A stretch of DNA of 61,639 nt, counting the filler, from Circinaria calcarea (lineage: Eukaryota), in the NCBI GenBank assembly GCA_051942165.1. It is 23 parts of 23 records of this genome, joined end to end, with 100 filler letters (N's around TTAATTAATTAA, not from the genome) between each part and the next. Parts side by side here need not be neighbours in the genome. Positions count along the whole stretch, not along the records: positions 48,382 to 50,956 come from JAVECS010003420.1; positions 51,057 to 53,630 come from JAVECS010003421.1; positions 53,731 to 56,301 come from JAVECS010003422.1; positions 56,402 to 58,971 come from JAVECS010003423.1; positions 59,072 to 61,639 come from JAVECS010003424.1; 18 more parts are not named here. One strand, given 5' to 3'. How positions within the stretch are numbered: the stretch's first letter is position 1; every line of letters starts with the position of its first letter. The notes beneath the pieces are model-generated. The model saw nothing but the letters and a program-made list of their open reading frames with translations, was not told the DNA's origin and did no database searches. This document shows positions 48,672 through 59,886 of the stretch, piece by piece. A program made the position numbers and the translations under genes.

Positions 48672-49301
48672 TGTTAAAATATGGGGTTAGCCCAGTCAAA
48701 GCACAGAGAAATCAGTCTGGCATGGCACGGCACATCTTTGGCCATGGATAAGTGGGGTTAACTGATATATATGATCAGGAGCTAAGAAACGTATTTACGT
48801 CCAAACAACAGGACTTAAATGGATATGATTGCGCCCGTGACAGACGCAGTTTCCATCTTGGTCATTCACCAGAAACCTGCTGAACACTCCTACTTGGCCA
48901 ATGGCCGAGAGCCCTGCGTCATACCACTGTCCAAGCTTGATTTCGATGAAATGTGGGGTAGAGTTCCATTTGTGCCCCTGAAAAATCTAGAATAGTCCTC
49001 TGTACTTTGCTGTTTGGTTGTACGGACTCTTTGGTGAATACTCGGGTACAGTGCGTCAGGAAGGATCACGTCGAATCAATCTCGAGACAGTTAAGGCACA
49101 GAAGCTTACACTTATACGTCATAAATACTCTAATCTGCTTCCCCATGTTTTATGGTACCAGTACCGGGTCTCGGCTTCTTAGTTCAGCCCTGCAGAAGAT
49201 ACCAGCATTATGTTATTGATTTTACGGTACCTATTGTTGTGACCTTCGCACTACCTTCGCACGATTGTGTCAAGTGAAGGCCAGACTCACTATTGCTACC
49301 A

Positions 49302-49793
49302 ATGTCGCGGAATCACTATGAGGTACTCGCCTTATCGACTTCATTAACGGCGAGCCGCAGCATTAGCCAGCCAGATGTAAAACTCGCATACCGGCAGGCC
49401 TTACTACAACATCATCCAGATAAATCTGCGAAGATATCTTCTCAGCCTCAAAGATCCAAATATTCGGTGGATGAGATCACCACAGCCTACAAGATCCTCT
49501 CCGACTCTGACAGTCGTTCACAATATGATCAGACGCTACGCCTTCAATCATTGCAGAGGCACAGGGACACCGCCAAAGGTTACATAGGATTAGAAACCGT
49601 TGATCTCGACGACCTTCAATACGATGGTACAAAAGGCCTCTGGTATCGAAGTTGTCGCTGTGGGAATGCTTGTGGTTACTTGGTCACGGAGCATGAACTC
49701 GAAAAAGAAGCAGACCAAGGCGAGATCATAGCTGGATGCGGTGGCTGCAGCCTTTCGCTGAAGATTGTTTTCCAGCAGGTCCAAGATGGCTGA
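49302..49793 (+). CDS. DPH4: Diphthamide biosynthesis J-domain / CSL zinc-finger protein
   Basis: NHYEVL...AYRQALLQHHPDK...AYKILSD...YD, then ETVDLDDL...WYRSCRCG...CGGCSL. Confidence 0.9.
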   Translation: MSRNHYEVLALSTSLTASRSISQPDVKLAYRQALLQHHPDKSAKISSQPQRSKYSVDEITTAYKILSDSDSRSQYDQTLRLQSLQRHRDTAKGYIGLETVDLDDLQYDGTKGLWYRSCRCGNACGYLVTEHELEKEADQGEIIAGCGGCSLSLKIVFQQVQDG

Positions 49794-50634
49794 AGCTTTG
49801 CAATGGTGCTGTACTTCTCCGAACTCCGAACGTGTCTGGATCCAGACAGAATTTGTACCTAGAACCTTGAGCTAGACTCTCTCCCCGACTTGTGGACTCT
49901 GCACATCCCTCGCTACAACCTTGTCAGAATCAAAGTATAAAGCCTTGGATGAAAGGCGACGTCAGGCAACCTTCTTCACTGTTGAGAAAGAAAAAGGGAT
50001 ATCAAAGAAGCAGAGAATACAAAGTCATGGAGCCAAGGGAATTCTTGTGGTGGTAGAACTGGCTGAGCATGACTTTGCTGCCGAGACTGTGGTCGAGCCA
50101 GAGGGAATATGTGTCTGAGGTTTTGGGAAGGTGCCTCAAGGCAAAGCTGGACCAGATATCTATACAGTGGCGCCATCCTATACATGGTGATGAGCGTTCA
50201 ATAAAGTACTTAGCGATACTAGTCATTCCTTCACTATATAGACACGATAACAGGAAGATCCTCCTGTACTAGCTATTGCTCGTGTTCTCTTGTACTCTTA
50301 TGAACTTGTGGGGTCTAAGTCTTCTAAGGTCAGCCTTTGACAATATATCGTTTATCCACTCTGACCAGATTAGTAGACCTTCTCGAAATTCAGTACCAAT
50401 GCCATGCGTAGTCATCAATGATCAGAATGTTTTTCCCATTAGTGATTGATCTATACGCTTAGTGAACGGAACCTTGATTACGATGCACATGGGAGTTATT
50501 ATTAAATAAATAAAAAACCATTCACCAATGCCTTCACTCGATTGATATAGACGTCAAGCCTACTTTAGACACCTTACACAAACATTATATTTCTTCCACT
50601 GAATCGTTACTATCACTTACTGGAATACTTCAGT

Positions 50635-50956
50635 ATGTCGAAGACAATTTTGATAAGCTCAACGAGCCAATTCAATACACTCCTTGGATCGTCGAGAATA
50701 GTTGTCACAGACTGTAGGTACTCCTGTCCAGCTTTCCCCTTCGAATCTCTGCGGTCTCTGGGACACGGTCTACTCATGAAAGATGATATGCATATTGACT
50801 CGAGATTTCCCATGCAGTTTACGCAGATTGGTGTGGACCTTGCAAGCAGATCGCCCCCATCTACGAACAGCTCTCTGCCCAACTATCCAGACCGCAAAGA
50901 ATTAGCTTTGCAAAAGTCAACGTTGACCACCAGCAAGAAATCGCTCGGACGTATGG
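50635..50956 (+). CDS. Thioredoxin or thioredoxin-domain protein, 3'-partial
   Basis: Splicing intron 50714-50817 gives IVVTD|FYADWCGPCKQIAPIYEQLS...FAKVNVD, with the WCGPC active site. Confidence 0.9.
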
Positions 50957-51420
50957 NNNNNNNNNNNNNNNNNNNNNNNNNNNNNNNNNNNNNNNNNNNN
51001 TTAATTAATTAANNNNNNNNNNNNNNNNNNNNNNNNNNNNNNNNNNNNNNNNNNNNTAAAATTAAATATATTCTATTAACTAATAATTTAAGGCTTTGGT
51101 ATAAATATTATTTTAATTTTTATATTTGAAATTATCGGCTTTTTTATCAAAATTAATGATATAAACCTTATTATTAATATATTATTTAATTTTAAAAAGT
51201 ATTTATCTTTCTATAATTATAACCTTTTTTTAATATTATTAAAAACGAAGGGATAAACACGTTATCGTAAGGCATAAAATATTAATTTATAATTTTAAAT
51301 AAATATTTATTAAATTAAAATAAAATTTTGCATAGCTTTTAATAATAATAGCCTTTGTAGTTATTTTAAATGCCGTTATTATTCCGAGAATTTAAAAGTT
51401 TTAACTCTTTTATTAATTAA

Positions 51421-51760
51421 TTACTCCCGGATCTCGTTCAGCGTATCGATATCGTTATTTTAAATAGATAACTAAACGCCCTCGTCGTACCACTCGTATA
51501 TCCGCTCTATCCAATCTAAATATTCTCCAATCGGCCGACACGAACCGAAATCGGTAATAACTAGGGTATTTTCGTCCAGCATAATATTACTTGGATTAAT
51601 ATCGTTATAGACAAGCCTCAGCGAATGAAAATATTAAATACTATTTTCGATACCGTTTAAAATATTATCGCGATCCTTAAGACTCTGATTGTTATATTTA
51701 AAAGCCCTTTTCATATAACCACGAGGAATTACTCTTTGCATTAGGGTTTTCTGGTACTTC
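51421..51760 (-). pseudogene. Protein-kinase-like pseudogene with RIP-like damage
   Basis: Manual translation: KYQKTLMQRVIPRGYMKRAF...GIENSI*YFHSLRLVYNDINPSNIMLDENTLVITDFGSCR...EWYDEGV*...NDIDTLNEIRE*. It retains the catalytic-loop pattern (H>Y)NDINPSN and DFG. Confidence 0.8.
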
Positions 51761-51796
51761 AAAAAAAAAATTCATTAAAAAATACAATATTTATAT

Positions 51797-53630
51797 TATT
51801 AAATATTGGATTTAGTATACTATAGTGGCCAGGGTGGCATTGGGCATAGAGATCAAGCACAGCACTACTGGCACTAGTAGTAGCGTGTATTGCAGAGTTT
51901 TGTCTTTGGTTTCGCACCCACGAACCATAGAACCTACATACCACAGCGAATATAGCATGGCATAGCCTATGCACATTCCATATAGAGTATACCCCTTCCA
52001 TAGCATGCCACTGTTGACCGTGGATATTTAACAGGTTATGAGCCCGGCTAGCACTTGATTCCGCCACTGCTACTACACGAATCATGGCGAAGGACGGCAA
52101 GCTACCGATTCTTCAGGGACCTTCGAATTACCGCATATGGGCATCCGTTTTCAAGTTCAAACTGCTAGAAGAAGGCATTTGGGACATCGTTGAAGGCATA
52201 CGCGTGCCGAACCCGGAAACAGCACGTTCCGCCACTGCGCAGGCGAAGTTTATACAGGAGAACGCGAAAGGCATGCCGCCTGCTTAGCGGCAACGTATCA
52301 GAAAAGATCTATACGCGAATCGATGGCGTCGAAGAAGCAAAGGGCATATGGGACAGGCTAAAGAGGACCTGCATTGCTACTGGCACAGAGGTGGTATATG
52401 CGTTGCTAACAGAGGCAATACAGTACCCCAGCATTTCACGTTCGCAGGAGATTCCTATGCATGAACGTGGCGCACACATCTCCTCGCTAATCACACGCAT
52501 GCTCGCCGCCGCGACCCCGGAGCGTGACCTATGGGAGGACCTGCAAACAGTGCTCCTTCTGGACAGTGTGCCTGACGCATATGAAATGCGCCGGCAGTTC
52601 ATTCTTGCTAAAGGCGACGTACGGTTCGACGACGCCCTGCAAATGCTCGCCCAGGAAGAAGCCAGCCAGAACGCTGCCGATGCCGCCGCCACTGCCACTG
52701 CCGCCGCCACTGCCGCCGCCGATACCGCCCCTGTTGACTTCAGTCAGTCATCTGCCATGCGACTCGCCCACCGGCCGATTCTACCACTCCGTCGCACACC
52801 CAGCTCCTCTACTGCGATGTCTGCCAGCTATTCTCGTGGCCGTCAAGCCAGCAGGCAGCGCCAGAGCAACCAGCGCCAAAAGGGCCCGGTAACCTGCTAT
52901 TTTTGTGATAAAAAGGGCCATATGGCAGGTGAGTGTGAAGCTAAAAAGGAGTGGAAACGAGACCAGCAACGGAGGCGTAAACGGCCTGAAAGATTGAATA
53001 TGGCAAGATAGGTAGTGTCTTCAGATTCCGAGGAAGAAGGTCGTCAGGTAACGACACGTTAATTGGTTCCATGGGGTGGCATAAAAACGCAGAGGCGTAA
53101 TATATGCAGAGCCTAGTATAAGTCGCAGAGCTTAGTATAAGTCGCGGGGGCCGCGCAGCAGGGGCATAGCGCAGCAGGGGCATAGTATACGTTTTCATGC
53201 AGAGCTTAGTATAAGTCGCAGAGCTTAATATAAGTCGCAGGGGCTGCGCAGCAGGGGCATAGCATTGAATTTGGTATGGTTTTTGGTATATTGGCATAGT
53301 CTATGTAGAGGCATAGTAGAGGGACAGCCTATGCAGAGGCATAGCAGAGGCATAAAGGTATTGCCTATGCGAGAGCATAGCATTGAACTCACAGGTCCAA
53401 GACCTGGAAGCTCCACGCAGCGAGAGCGCCGCATGTGAGCATTGAGGGCACTGGGGGCACGTGGGCACTAAGGGCATATTGGCACTGGGGGGCACTGTGG
53501 TACTTGGTATAGAATATTTATTTCAGGGGGAGCATTTCAATAAGGACACCACTGGCGTGGAGGTACGGTATACTAACTCAGAAGAAATATTAAATATTAA
53601 ATTCAGTATATAGTATAGTTAGAGTAATAT
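51797..53630 (+). mobile_element. Gag-only Copia-type LTR element B (3' LTR cut by the contig end)
   Basis: 5' LTR 51797-52033 (tattaaatatt...gatatttaaca) and PBS ggttatgagcccggc at 52034-52048. Gag runs 52084-53011 with one frameshift near 52268 (LQGPSNYRIW...WDIVEG; AKGIWDRLK; CYFCDKKGHMAGEC). PPT agaagaaa at 53580-53587. The 3' LTR starts at 53588 and aligns to the 5' LTR almost entirely by transitions. Confidence 0.85.
53104..53263 (+). repeat. 67-bp direct repeat inside element B, built from 19-bp subunits
   Basis: 53104-53170 and 53197-53263 differ at four positions, all transitions. The subunit is gcagagcttagtataagtc. Confidence 0.9.
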
Positions 53631-54209
53631 NNNNNNNNNNNNNNNNNNNNNNNNNNNNNNNNNNNNNNNNNNNNTTAATTAATTAANNNNNNNNNNNNNN
53701 NNNNNNNNNNNNNNNNNNNNNNNNNNNNNNGGGGGGGTTTAAACAGACGGCGGACTGTGGAGGGGGAGGAGGACTGCGTGAACTGGATTTTTTTTGGGGG
53801 GGCTACGTGAGGGCTTTGATGGTGGTGGTGAGATTAGGGGTTGGGGAGTTCGAATGTGAGAGATTTAAGGATGGGAGGTACGGATGAAGGTGGAAAGGTT
53901 GGGTGGAAGATTGGGATTTGTTTTTGTGTTGTGTTGTAAGTAAATATGGACGGGTGGTAGGGGGGATGTAGAATGGGTATTTGTAGGGAGAAAAGTCTTG
54001 CATTGCGCTTTACGGTTCGGAGGTGCGAGAAGAACACGGCATCAATGGTGAATATATAAGCTGATATACGCTTAAAAACTTGGGGAATCTTCGGGAAGAT
54101 GGACTTGCACGCTTAGCTTAGAAATTTTATCTGCCACCTTTTTGTGCGTCAATCTCGGAATATTTAATCTGGCTACAGAAACAGTCAGTTGACACATCGC
54201 TTCAAGTGG

Positions 54210-54698
54210 ATGTTCAAGATGGATATCGACCAACCGCAAAACCCAGAAGACCATCCCCGGTTCCAATTTACCCAGAAACTCTCCCAGAAGTGGACCAACA
54301 ATTCCCGCACCGAGTTTACCCTTTCGGAATCCAAAATGAGCGTCTTATTCATCAGCCACTTCGAAGGCATACAGACTACCAAACACCCCCTTCTGCCATT
54401 CAGCGGCCAATCCATGCTTTCCTGGATTGACAAGAGGGATACGTTCGAAGGGGTGGAACAAAACGGTGGAGTCATCTGGAAGGGCCCGGATGGGAATCGG
54501 TTCGGAGTCAATATCCATGTGCCAAAAGATATGGGTGTGCCATATTATCAGGTGATGGCGGATGACGGGGCGAGTCCCTTGGGTGGGAGGTGGTTAAGGT
54601 TGGTGCGGGAGCCGTCCATGAGTTATTACTTTGATCCGGAGATTATTGGCTTCGTGGTTGTGGTGACTCCGACGGTTGAGAATACATGGGTAAGGTGA
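54210..54698 (+). CDS. Hypothetical protein
   Basis: ORF with a beta-strand-like pattern (QNGGVIWKGPDGNRFGVNIHVP...PYYQV). The start is uncertain and no family was recognised. Confidence 0.4.
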   Translation: MFKMDIDQPQNPEDHPRFQFTQKLSQKWTNNSRTEFTLSESKMSVLFISHFEGIQTTKHPLLPFSGQSMLSWIDKRDTFEGVEQNGGVIWKGPDGNRFGVNIHVPKDMGVPYYQVMADDGASPLGGRWLRLVREPSMSYYFDPEIIGFVVVVTPTVENTWVR

Positions 54699-55156
54699 TC
54701 CTTTGATTTGGCCATACGTTGTGGAGGGAAGAAGCATCTAATGGGGAATCATAGAGTCTGGCGCTGGATATCACGATCGAGGACATGCCGTCTGCTCCAG
54801 TCGCAAAGGCCATTTCGATACGTAAAAAGAAGGAGACTGTACAGGGAGAGGGAGAGCAAGCATGATTAATAGAGTGGCAGGTGCTTTCTGCGCTCGGAAG
54901 AGTACATGAGTTCTTTTAGGCAATGTAGAAAGCAAGAAAAGGCCGAGAATGAAAATGACTAGCTATGACTGTCCCGTAATAAATAAAGTACCCCTGATAA
55001 ATTTACCTATCGATACTCTGTGTGCAAATAGTCCAAAAGGGAAGATGCTAAGAAGGACGAGGTGGCACAAGGCTGATGAAGCGGCTATATATACGCTAAC
55101 CCCTTTCGATTGATGATATTGATGGCCAGGTCTGAGTAAAAGTAGAAATACTAAAG

Positions 55157-56301
55157 ATGCCACCAATTCTCCCCAAAGCTGCCATGCCGATGCCGAGGGT
55201 TAGATTCCCGCCCGAGGGCTTATTTACGTCCTCCTTTAAACGTCTCAAGTGTCCGAATCGACAAAGAACATTGACTCCAGTAGCTCGGGTATCATACCAC
55301 GTGTCAACACCCTCAGCAGCAAAACGAACTCCTGCTGGAGCTGTTTCTAGGCCGCGAGAATGTGTTCTGGAGCAGCCGTGTATATCATTACGACCTCATA
55401 CATCGAGTCCAAGATCTCCCTCCAGAAGCTTCGCAATCACAGTCCGGCGACAGAAAACCTACACTTACAAGACCGTGCAGGAAGCCCGTTCAAAATATCA
55501 TATAGGTGTACGCTCATGTCACCTTCGACCCTTTCCTTCCCTGAATTTGCCCCGCTGATTCGGCGATTAATATAGCCCTTTTCTGTTATTTCCGTCCTCA
55601 TCTTCTTTGCTGCCGGAACGGGCATGACCTTTTACTTCCGCTATGAGAAAGCCCGGATGGAGCGACAAAGGATAGCAGATGCGTCCAAGGGGATTGGGAG
55701 ACCGAAGGTTGGGGGCAAGTTTGAGCTTGTGGATCAGGAGGGGAGACCGTTTGGGAGTGATGAGAAGATGAAGGGGAGATTTAGTTTGGTAAGTGCGATC
55801 TTATGTATGTTTGATATGATGGACGGAGGAAACACCAATCGGCCAAGAAGTGGAGCTCCGTCCCAAGGGAAACAAAAGGATCGTGTGCGTGGGCTGGTGG
55901 ATGTAAACCCGTGGTCCCCGCGTCATAATGTACATCAACAAACGTACCATTAATATGACCTCCAATACTTCTAGGTCTACTTTGGATTTACACATTGTCC
56001 CGACATCTGCCCTGAAGAGCTCGACAAGATGTCTACTATGATCGATCTTGTCTCCACCACCTTTCCACCACCCAAAAACTCATCTACCAACACGTCACTC
56101 TCCCTCCTCCCAATTTTTATAACCTGCGATCCCGCTCGAGACACCCCTTCGGTTTTGAAGTCCTATCTGCAGGAATTCCATCCCGCCATGGTCGGTCTAA
56201 CCGGCACGTGGGAACAGATCAAAGCTGTGTGTAAGCTTTATCGGGTATATTTCTCCACACCTGAAGGGGTGAAGCCAGGAATGGACTATTTGGTTGACCA
56301 C
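55157..56301 (+). CDS. SCO1: Cytochrome c oxidase copper chaperone Sco1/2, 3'-partial
   Basis: Transmembrane segment, GRPKVGGKFELVDQ, VYFGFTHCPDICPEELDKM (CxxxC), PIFITCDPARD, DYLVDH. Introns at about 55507-55575 and 55789-55974. Confidence 0.93.
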
Positions 56302-56461
56302 NNNNNNNNNNNNNNNNNNNNNNNNNNNNNNNNNNNNNNNNNNNNTTAATTAATTAANNNNNNNNNNNNNNNNNNNNNNNNNNNNNNNNNNNNNNNNNNN
56401 NGAGGCAAGAAGGTCTCGAAAGCGGGAGCGGAAGCTTCAAGACATTCTCCAAAGGGAAGCA

Positions 56462-58971
56462 ATGAAGTTCTCACACAGCGTCCAGTTCAATGCCGTCCCG
56501 GATTGGAGCAGTTACTATATCAGTTACAGTAATCTGAAGAAGCTGTAAGGATATTTTGTTGGACCTCCTATATCGGGGTATCTTGTTACATTGGGATCCT
56601 GCTCCACAAATAAAAGTATTGCTATGGTCAACCCTAGCTAATTCATCTTCTCATAGTATTTACACGATCGAAAAGGCTATCCATCAACCCAATGCCACCT
56701 CCCAAGATGCCGAAGCCTCCCCTCTTCTCAATAGCAACAGTGACCCCGACCCCGTCTTCATCCGGGCGCTCGACCATGAGTTAGAAAAGATATGCTCCTT
56801 TTACCAGCTCAAGGAGCTTGAAATATACGGTGAACTCGAGCAATTGGTGCAAGACAAGGAAACTTACAATGCCGAAGCATATGAAGCGGAACATGAGCAG
56901 GCTGATGGTGCCCATGCGAGCCGGGCAATAGATAAAAATGCAAAGGCGCGGCAGGGAAGTATTTTTCGAAGTTTTGGCTTCGGACGTCCGCGGCGGGCAA
57001 GTACGATGAGCATCTCCATCGGCGAACTCGACGAAGACGGAGACAGTGATGAAGACGCGGATGAGAGTTCCGCGCTCCGCAATGGCAAACCTACGAAAGA
57101 AAGAAGGAAAACGTATGATGCCAACGCAAGAATGAACATGGAGGACTTGCACAGCTCGAGGGAACTACCAAATCCAAGGCGGAGAGCTAGTCATGCGTAT
57201 GAAGATTACAGTGACCACGCCATGTCAGCATTGTATGATTCACGAATTACCCTGAAGAAGCGGACGATAAGTCTCTACGTCTCCCTCTGCGAACTCAAAT
57301 CCTTCATTCAACTCAATAGAACTGGGTTTTCCAAGGCTTTAAAAAAGTATGACAAGATATTAGATCGCAATCTCAGGGCTCGCTATATTGCAGAAAAGGT
57401 TACTCCAGCATATCCATTTCAGCCGAGTACTATCCAGCGTTTAGACGAGAATATCGCAAAGACCGAGAAGGCTTATGCGGAAGTCGTGACCAAGGGCGAC
57501 ATTCCCTTGGCAAAGAAAGAGTTACGGCTACATCTGCGGGAGCATGTGGTATGGGAAAGGAACACGGTTTGGAGAGAGATGATTGGTATCGAGAGGAAGG
57601 CACAGGCTGCTAACATGGGATTGAGGAGAACCCTACTTGGTGGCGACCTTGACCCCTCTAACGCACGGCTACAAGGAGATGACGCCGATGGGATGGACAC
57701 GAAAGAGTTGGTGACACCGGTCGGGAGATTTACGTGTCCCAGTTGGTTACTCAGTTCAACCTTTTATACTCTTATAGGAATTTTGATCATCTTCATCATA
57801 TTACTGGTGATTCCAATCATGAAGAAGCAAGAACAGCAAAATTGCTTGGCAATGCTGGTTTTTGTGAGTTTGCTCTGGGCTACAGAAGTATGTAAATGAA
57901 GTCTTATGGAGGCGATTACACTCACCGTATACAGGTCATCCCCCTTTTCGTCACCTCGCTCCTCGTACCTTTTCTAGCAGTCACGCTTCAAGTCGTTCGC
58001 TCGGATCAGACGCCTCATCATCGGCTCGACCCCAGGGATGCAGCTAAATATGTCTTTGCAGCCATGTGGACACCCGTCATCATGCTTTTGCTTGGCGGCT
58101 TCACTATTGCAGCAGCACTCTCAAAATACCACATCGCCAAGCTCATGGCGACTTTTGTAATAAGCAAAGCTGGAACCCGGCCTCGCACGGTACTGATCAC
58201 CAACATGTTTGTCGCCATGATTGCGAGCATGTGGATCAGTAATGTGGCCGCCCCTGTTCTCTGCTTTTCTATCATCCAGGTATAGCTTCCTTCCCAGCTT
58301 CCAGGTTTTGTACAACAGCTAACGCTACTTCAGCCATTACTCCGCAATCTTCCTTCCGAGTCCCGTTTCTCCAAAGCCCTCATCCTCGGAATTGCCCTTG
58401 CTTCTAATATTGGTGGTGCAGCCTCCCCAATCGCCTCACCCCAGAACATCATCGCCCTACAAAACATGCATCCACAGCCGAGTTGGTTACAGTGGTTTTT
58501 TGTGGCGCTACCGGTTTGCGTAATATCAATCCTGCTGATATGGGTCTTGTTACTTCTCACCTTCCAACCGGGAAAAGGCACACATATCGTCCCGCTACGA
58601 CCAATGACTGGTCGATTCACCGGTATCCAGTGGTTTATCAGTATAGTCACACTCGGTACCATAGCACTATGGTGCGTCACACATCAACTTGAGGGGTTAT
58701 TTGGAGATATGGGAGTTGTTGCAATCATCCCCATCGGCCTTTTCTTTGGGACTGGCATCCTCACCAAGGAAGACTTTAATAACTTCCTCTGGACCATTAT
58801 TGTCCTTGCAGCCGGAGGCCTCTCACTCGGCAAATCAGTCGCTTCTTCAGGTCTGCTCCACACCATCGCCAATGCTATAACCGCAAAGGTCGATGGGATG
58901 AGTCTCTATGGAGTCCTCGTGGTGTTTGCTGCCCTGATCCTTGTCGTGGCTACATTCATCAGTCACACCGT
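56462..58971 (+). CDS. PHO91: SPX-domain low-affinity phosphate transporter (Pho87/90/91 family, Pho91-like), 3'-partial
   Basis: MKFSHSVQFNAVPDWSSYYISYSNLKKL, LKSFIQLNRTGFSKALKKYDK, HLREHVVWERNTVWREMI, LWATE|VIPLFVT, SMWISNVAAPVLCFS, ASNIGG..SPIASPQN. Confidence 0.9.
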
Positions 58972-59432
58972 NNNNNNNNNNNNNNNNNNNNNNNNNNNNN
59001 NNNNNNNNNNNNNNNTTAATTAATTAANNNNNNNNNNNNNNNNNNNNNNNNNNNNNNNNNNNNNNNNNNNNCCCCAACCCCCTTTCCGGATCTGCCAGCT
59101 AGCCAGCCAGCCCAGCCCCCTTTTCTTCACTGTCCTGCACTACAAAAACAAAAAGTATCACAAAGGAGTCATTCCATCCTCCCGAATCTCTCATCCACGA
59201 AAAGCACAGCACAGCACAGATCCGAACCGCGACGACGGATGCCTTCTGCTCTCTGCTCAAGAGTTTTCATTCGTGGGGACAGGTGTGTGTGTGGTGTTTT
59301 TGCCCTCTCCTCTTCTCCCTTTCCCTCTCTGCCCCTACCCCCCCCCCTGTTCGTGTTCGTTCGATATCGTGATTTTGTGTCACGGTTTTAACATAGCAGT
59401 AACCCGCTCCGCGGGCCGGGTCAGAGCCGGAA

Positions 59433-59652
59433 TGTAAGGATCCTTTACGAATAGTATAATGATCTTACGATAAGGGTCGGTGAATTGTGTGATAATGAAC
59501 TCAATTGGTTCGCATCAGCGTATGAATTATTGTTAAAGAGTTCTCGTGTAACGCTTCGCGAGGAAAACCTTTCTCGCTAAGCCAACACCTCGTGACCTCG
59601 GTGTATAGTTCCCCCGTAGGGTTTGTAGGGGTTCTCGGGTAGAGCCCTTACA
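59433..59652. mobile_element. Possible solo LTR
   Basis: 220 bp bounded by the inverted termini TGTAAGG...CCTTACA. No matching target-site duplication was seen, so this is tentative. Confidence 0.3.
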
Positions 59653-59886
59653 GTTGCGTGGGCGAAAGAAAAAAGGGAGGGTGCATGGCTGATAAATAGC
59701 AAAGATGGGGTGCGTGGCAGATATTCGCCGTTCCCTCTGCCTTAACACGAGACTTGAAATTTCATTGATTATGAAGTCTTGGGGTAAGTTCCAGTGCCTT
59801 TTATAATTGATTGAGTCTTGTTATATAGACTTATTTACTTCGCCGTACGTTTTTGATGAGGATGTGATACATAAACACCATCGACC

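Noticed and set aside
2647..59027. TTAATTAATTAA recurring about every 2.7 kb, resembling a regularly spaced repeat array
   Set aside because: Always embedded in 44 N on each side. It is a synthetic six-frame-stop linker, not CRISPR or any biological repeat.
59531..59747. Alternative solo-LTR boundaries TGTTAA...TTAACA
   Set aside because: It overlaps rather than nests in the other candidate and has no target-site duplication; 6-bp termini can occur by chance.
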